IMG/VR virus record: IMGVR_UViG_3300050020_000041 | Span: 57,780-77,779 of that record | From: an uncultured virus (IMG/VR IMGVR_UViG_3300050020_000041) | Lineage: Duplodnaviria; Heunggongvirae; Uroviricota; Caudoviricetes | DNA: 20,000 nucleotides | Reading direction: 5' to 3' (one strand) | Shown: positions 15,987-20,000 of the stretch, in pieces | Layout of the letters: the number at the start of each line of letters is the position of its first letter | Numbering within the stretch: the stretch's first letter is position 1 | Position numbers and translations under genes: made by a program | The notes under the pieces: generated by a model | What the model was told of the DNA's origin: nothing | What the model saw: only the letters and a program-made list of their open reading frames with translations | Database searches by the model: none

Positions 15987-17581
15987 GCAGAGTTCTAAAA
16001 AGAACCACGGTTATTGATAGCACTGGATATAACGCATGGACGTGCCCAGCAGATGTTAACTCGGTTGATGTATTTTTGGCTGGCGGAGGCGGTTGCGGAG
16101 GCTGGGGAGTAACCAATCTTGCTCCTGGCGGTGGTGGCGGTGGTGGCTTTACAAGGACATTCACGAATATACCTGTCACGCCTGCGACAGATTATGTCGC
16201 AATGGTGGGTGAAGGCGGATACGCTGATGACAATGAAAATGGCGCTCAATCTTCGTTCGGACCATATTTCGCGGCAGGAGGAAGATGCGCCGGTAGAGGA
16301 TATGGAATCCTTAGATCAGATGACGATGGTATGACTTTCTCTCAGAACGGATGGCTGGGATACTCACAAGTGAACTCTCTTGCCGCTAACGGAGGTTATA
16401 TCTATGTCGGAGTAAATAATCAAGGAGCCTGGAGATCCTCAGACCACGGTTCAAGCTGGACACAGATAAATAATGGATTTAACGGGGTAGTGAATATCAA
16501 CTGCTGGTTCTTCGTTGGCAATAAAATCTTTGTCGGCACTCGTCAGGGCATATATACGTCCATAAATAATGGGGCGTCGTGGACAAAAGATAATGGAGTC
16601 ACACAATTTCTTGAAGTTACTTCATTCACTTCCGGTGAATATTATATGTATGCTTCTACACACGGCACAGGTCTATATCGTTCTCTGGATAATGGCACTT
16701 CATGGGTGCAGGCTAATAGTAACCCTAATGCCTGGCAACCCCTGTTTTATCAAGTAATCGCTGGACAAGGCGCAATTTTGTATGCGGGAGCTCAAGAAGG
16801 TATTCTCAGTTCCGTAGATTATGGCGTTAACTGGTATTTGATGAATGGGACTTCGTCGTGCTATACTCTATTCTATGACGGAATGCGTAGTCTTCTGGCG
16901 GGGACTGGCAATGGAATCTACTATTCTACGGAAGCCGGACAAAGTTGGATTCACTCGAATTTAACCGATATTAAAGTGACCTCGGTAGCATGGACTGGGA
17001 TAGGGTTTTTGATCGGGACAGAAAGCTATGGTGTGTTCCGTTCAGATCAAATAGGTGCCGATTGGGAACAGTGGCAGAATGTCCCTTCGAAAGAACACAT
17101 AGGTTCGATAGTCCGTGATTCTTCGGGGTATGTCGTTATTGGTGTATGGAATTATGGAAAAGGCGGTGACGGGGGCTCAGGTGGAGCCGGGGGAGCTGGA
17201 AGTGGCGGCTGGAATGGCAATGATGGAGAGAATGGCGCAATCTTCGGGGGACTCGGGCAGCGTACAACGACAAGAGCATTTGGCGAATCAGATGGACAGT
17301 TATTCTCGGGTGGTGGACAGGGAGGAGGAAGACCATATCAAGGTGGCACTCAGAACAGCGCTCAAGGTGGCGGAGGCATGGGAGAAATGGGAGGCGAAGT
17401 TCCGGAAGAATCTGACACCGCAGCAACAGATGGTGAATTTGCCACTGGCGGCGGAGGCGGCGGAGCTAATAGCGATGCTGGATGGCCCGGCTCGGGTGGT
17501 TCAGGTATAGTAATCATAAGAGAGTATTATGTAAGTGCAGCGAACAGTTCCGCAGGGTTCAACTTATTGGCAAGAAGATAA
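15983..17581 (+). CDS. Glycine-rich phage adhesin-like protein with inserted BNR/Asp-box beta-propeller
   Basis: The N-terminal 'WTCPADVNSVDVFLAGGGG...GGGGGGG...VGEGG...SSFG' and C-terminal 'TGGGGGG...GSGGSGIVIIR' form a typical phage Gly-rich domain. Seven S-x-(D/N/E)-x-G-x-x-(W/F)-type repeats lie between aa ~107 and 390. ATGA overlap with polX. Confidence 0.8.
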   Translation: MSRVLKRTTVIDSTGYNAWTCPADVNSVDVFLAGGGGCGGWGVTNLAPGGGGGGGFTRTFTNIPVTPATDYVAMVGEGGYADDNENGAQSSFGPYFAAGGRCAGRGYGILRSDDDGMTFSQNGWLGYSQVNSLAANGGYIYVGVNNQGAWRSSDHGSSWTQINNGFNGVVNINCWFFVGNKIFVGTRQGIYTSINNGASWTKDNGVTQFLEVTSFTSGEYYMYASTHGTGLYRSLDNGTSWVQANSNPNAWQPLFYQVIAGQGAILYAGAQEGILSSVDYGVNWYLMNGTSSCYTLFYDGMRSLLAGTGNGIYYSTEAGQSWIHSNLTDIKVTSVAWTGIGFLIGTESYGVFRSDQIGADWEQWQNVPSKEHIGSIVRDSSGYVVIGVWNYGKGGDGGSGGAGGAGSGGWNGNDGENGAIFGGLGQRTTTRAFGESDGQLFSGGGQGGGRPYQGGTQNSAQGGGGMGEMGGEVPEESDTAATDGEFATGGGGGGANSDAGWPGSGGSGIVIIREYYVSAANSSAGFNLLARR

Positions 17582-17584
17582 GCG

Positions 17585-17651
17585 AAATGTCCATAATGAC
17601 GCTTAAAAGGGGGCGTGACCGTTGTAACAGGCTCTTATAGTATTTAATTTG
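17585..17651 (+). promoter_or_regulatory. Copy 2 of the repeated tripartite element, probable late promoter of the lysis cassette
   Basis: TGTCC (17588), CTTAA (17602), GTTGTAAC (17621), TAATTTG (17645). 42/67 identities to 12491-12557 with no gaps (manual count). Confidence 0.6.
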
Positions 17652-17684
17652 CTCACGTTGTGTAATTCTATGGTGAAGTCGGAA

Positions 17685-17720
17685 TAGATGAGAATGTAAA
17701 GTAGATGAGGTAATGTAAAG
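17685..17720 (+). repeat. Imperfect tandem repeat in the lysis-cassette leader
   Basis: TAGATGAGAATGTAAAG (17685-17701) is followed by TAGATGAGGTAATGTAAAG (17702-17720). Confidence 0.75.
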
Positions 17721-17803
17721 TCCGATTAGCAGAGATCAGAAAGTGGGTTTGGGATGAATAGCGATAAGATTAAGATAGTACGCCCTGCCGAAAGGAAATC
17801 ACC

Positions 17804-18499
17804 ATGTCGAATCTTGAACAGCTAAGGACGCTTGCCGAGGAACTGGATAAAAAAGATCTGGAGCTGGCAAAACATGATAAGTATTTAAGAGCAATAGTAG
17901 AGATCCAGAATATACTTCTGGCAAATGGTGGGAGCGTCTTTCCAGCAGCATTGAAAAAACTTGGGGAAGTCACGCATGTATCCAAGGCATTCGTGTTTAC
18001 GAACCTCATTTATGAAGGTAGAATATACGCCTCCCGCCAGGGAATGTGGCGTTCCGAAGAAATCACAATATCAGCAGTAGAACATTTTGCTTACGATGAA
18101 GCAGACTTGTTATATGAGAAATTATCATCGAACCAGATCGTGCATTCCGTTCCTTCTCCCGGTGCAGAGCCGTGGAGTTCCATCCTTGCAAATTTTGAAC
18201 TGAATTCGTCCTTATTGATTCCCTTGTTTATAAAAGAAGAATATATCGGCTTCGTCGGCATAAGTGATTATGAAGATGCTGAGGCGTGGGACAAATATGA
18301 ACTGAACCTTATGAGAACGGTTGCAACGGGCATTAGTTTTTATCTGAAGAACAGTCGTAATGAAAAGAAAGTGGCGTCAGCCATAAACAGTATGAAGGGT
18401 ATCCTGGAGACAGCTTTGACAGATCCGAAATTGAACTGTGCAACTTGCGGAGTCGCCAAGGAAATATTGTTCGCCATTAAGAATACGATAACAGGGTAG
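17804..18499 (+). CDS. Standalone GAF-domain protein with N-terminal coiled coil
   Basis: AAGGA Shine-Dalgarno at 17792-96. The pattern 'ALKKLGEVTHVSKAFVF...NSSLLIPLFIKEEYIGFVGISD...WDKYELNLMRTVATGI' is the GAF signature seen in sensor kinases and cyclases. No output domain and no TM segment; C-terminal CxxC (CATC). Confidence 0.85.
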   Translation: MSNLEQLRTLAEELDKKDLELAKHDKYLRAIVEIQNILLANGGSVFPAALKKLGEVTHVSKAFVFTNLIYEGRIYASRQGMWRSEEITISAVEHFAYDEADLLYEKLSSNQIVHSVPSPGAEPWSSILANFELNSSLLIPLFIKEEYIGFVGISDYEDAEAWDKYELNLMRTVATGISFYLKNSRNEKKVASAINSMKGILETALTDPKLNCATCGVAKEILFAIKNTITG

Positions 18500-18501
18500 A
18501 A

Positions 18502-18843
18502 ATGTTAGAAAACGGGCAGGAAACAGTTGATCTCAGTAGAGACCATTTTGGGGAGTACCGTCGCCTGATTCTTAGTGAATTGGAGAGACTGGATACCGCC
18601 CAGACAGAGATATGGAAGAAAATTGAGTCCCAGAGGATTGATCTTGAAAAGAAGATCGAAGATAGCAAGAAAGCGGCTCTGGATGAGGTTAAGGAAACCA
18701 ATAAGGCTGTTGCAGCTGTTGAACTCAAGTTTAGTAATCAGGATTTGAAATTAAAAGTGATTCTGGGAGTATGGGGATTCATAGTGGCTCTCTTGTCCGG
18801 TGGAATCACGATGGCAGTAGTAAAATATTTTTCAACGAAATAG
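18502..18843 (+). CDS. Coiled-coil protein with C-terminal TM helix, XhlA-like / holin-associated
   Basis: Charged heptad region followed by VILGVWGFIVALLSGGITMAVV; lies upstream of the endolysin. Confidence 0.6.
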   Translation: MLENGQETVDLSRDHFGEYRRLILSELERLDTAQTEIWKKIESQRIDLEKKIEDSKKAALDEVKETNKAVAAVELKFSNQDLKLKVILGVWGFIVALLSGGITMAVVKYFSTK

Positions 18844-18851
18844 GATAGGTA

Positions 18852-19139
18852 ATGAAAGCATTTAATAAGGAAGCATTTGCGGCACTCAGGACGTTTCTGA
18901 TAATGGGCTTAATCTCCGGTCTGGGAGTATGGTTCACGTTCAGTTATGCAATCGAATATAGTTCGTTTGCAGTAGGCATTTTTAAGTATGTCATAGCAGT
19001 GACAATCGTATGGGCGTTTGACCATTTCGCATGTCCTGAAGTAGACACGATGGCGTTAATAACAAAGGAACCGATAGCATATGCGATATTTTTCATGTCG
19101 AATTGTATTCTTGCTGCTGCTTGTATCGCTTCTTCCTAA
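18852..19139 (+). CDS. Small three-TM membrane protein, holin candidate (DUF350-like C-terminal half)
   Basis: Three hydrophobic segments in 95 aa; overlaps the endolysin start. Confidence 0.6.
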   Translation: MKAFNKEAFAALRTFLIMGLISGLGVWFTFSYAIEYSSFAVGIFKYVIAVTIVWAFDHFACPEVDTMALITKEPIAYAIFFMSNCILAAACIASS

Positions 19140-19674
19140 TCCGACGTTCGGACAGGCTAAGCACATTCAGTCCGCATTATCATTTGTCGGCGTAAAGGAA
19201 AAGACCGGGCATAATGATGGTGTGGCAGTAGAAATGTTCCTTCACTCGGTAGGACTCCATAAGGGAGACTCTTGGTGTGGAGCGTTTGTCGGTTTTAATC
19301 TGACAACTGCGCAAGTCGATTTGCCCAAGATGAGATCCGGTCTGGCGGTGAATTACATAACCAAGACCAGTATCGCAGCGAAAGATGTTCTTATCGGAGT
19401 TAAACAAGTACCCGACGGAAGCATATTCATATTCCGGCATGGAACTACGATACACGGGCATACAGGATTTGTGCTTCATTGGAATAAATCCAGTGGATCC
19501 ACGGTTGAAGGGAATACGTCTTCCGGTACGGCTGGCAGTCAGTCAGACGGAGATGGAGTTTATAAGAGAACAAGATACATACAGCCAGCTAATTACTTCA
19601 GAATAGTGTACTTCACGCCAGTGACATATTCGAAAACATCGATACAGAAACCAACCCAGAAGAACGCGAAATGA
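19081..19674 (+). CDS. CHAP-domain endolysin with N-terminal signal peptide
   Basis: Catalytic motifs WCGAFV (Cys), GHTGFV (His) and TVEGNT. Hydrophobic N-terminus IVFLLLLVSLL followed by PNPTFG|Q. AAGGA upstream. Confidence 0.9.
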   Translation: MRYFSCRIVFLLLLVSLLPNPTFGQAKHIQSALSFVGVKEKTGHNDGVAVEMFLHSVGLHKGDSWCGAFVGFNLTTAQVDLPKMRSGLAVNYITKTSIAAKDVLIGVKQVPDGSIFIFRHGTTIHGHTGFVLHWNKSSGSTVEGNTSSGTAGSQSDGDGVYKRTRYIQPANYFRIVYFTPVTYSKTSIQKPTQKNAK

Positions 19675-19913
19675 AAAAGTTAAGCAGAAAATTATTCGGT
19701 ATCATCGTGGCATTGGAGACAAGGCGTCAAGCCAGTCGCATAGCAGAAGCTCGGGGGCTTATTGGAAATATCGACTACTGTCCTGAATGCAAAGAAAAAT
19801 ATGTGGGTACTTGCAAATGCAGAATAAATGAAAGAACATGTCGGAACGGACATAGCTGGTACAAAGAGGGAAAGGAAATAATTTTAGGAACCAAGCACGG
19901 AAGGGTGAAATGA
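19671..19913 (+). CDS. Small Cys/His-rich putative zinc-binding protein
   Basis: Motif CPEC...CKC...CRNGHSW. ATGA overlaps at both ends indicate a real, coupled gene. Confidence 0.65.
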   Translation: MKKLSRKLFGIIVALETRRQASRIAEARGLIGNIDYCPECKEKYVGTCKCRINERTCRNGHSWYKEGKEIILGTKHGRVK

Positions 19914-20000
19914 TTTTAGCAATGACTCTGAAACAGAAAGTTATTACCACAGCAATTCTGGTGGGTGTATTCCTCGCATTGGTATCGGTAAGCGTTTACT
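19910..20000 (+). CDS. N-terminus of a membrane-anchored protein, possible i-spanin; 3'-truncated and absent from the ORF track
   Basis: ATG at 19910 overlaps the previous TGA and reads MILAMTLKQKVITTAILVGVFLALVSVSVY (basic patch plus TM helix), open to the window end. Confidence 0.55.
   Translation, partial: MILAMTLKQKVITTAILVGVFLALVSVSVY

Noticed and set aside
11400..17581. Diversity-generating retroelement acting on fibre or adhesin C-termini
   Set aside because: No reverse transcriptase and no near-identical TR/VR pair with adenine-specific mismatches were seen in the window. One elsewhere in the genome cannot be excluded.
17586..17613. dif/Xer or resolvase site (ATGTCCATAA TGACGC TTAAAAG)
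   Set aside because: Only a partial resemblance; no XerD-like TTATGTTAAAT arm, no clear dyad symmetry and no recombinase in the window.
17754..17825. 23-codon ORF (MNSDKIKIVRPAERKSPCRILNS) overlapping the GAF start
   Set aside because: Weak ribosome-binding site and no other support.
12482..18843. TAG recoding or read-through (four genes end in TAG)
   Set aside because: The 3617-codon ORF has no in-frame TAG, and genes following the TAG stops start in different frames with their own starts.
1102..19950. Numerous minus-strand and alternative-frame ORFs of 60-153 aa in the ORF track
   Set aside because: They lie within longer, motif-bearing + strand genes and are antisense or frame shadows expected from Gly/Ser/Thr-rich codon patterns. 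None shows a recognisable motif.
1..20000. CRISPR array, tRNA, rRNA, IS element or integrase
   Set aside because: No regularly spaced repeats, cloverleaf, rRNA-like sequence or transposase/integrase motifs were seen. Intergenic spaces are short.

Overview
This window looks like a late-gene region of a large tailed bacteriophage or prophage, with every credible gene on the + strand in the standard code. Gene order: the 3' end of a truncated structural gene; a 3617-aa mosaic tail fibre; a 235-aa putative adhesin; a DUF1617-like protein; a second 732-aa fibre; a minimal non-canonical PolX-family nucleotidyltransferase; and a glycine-rich adhesin with an inserted seven-repeat Asp-box propeller. 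A lysis-like cassette follows: standalone GAF protein, two holin candidates, a signal-peptide CHAP endolysin, a small Zn-finger protein and a truncated membrane protein. The best non-coding signals are a 67-bp element repeated without gaps at 12491 and 17585, a perfect 12-bp inverted repeat enclosing one gene next to its terminator, and an 80-nt rod hairpin. Several features hint at an FCB-group host. All family assignments come from motif recognition by eye; no database searches were run.
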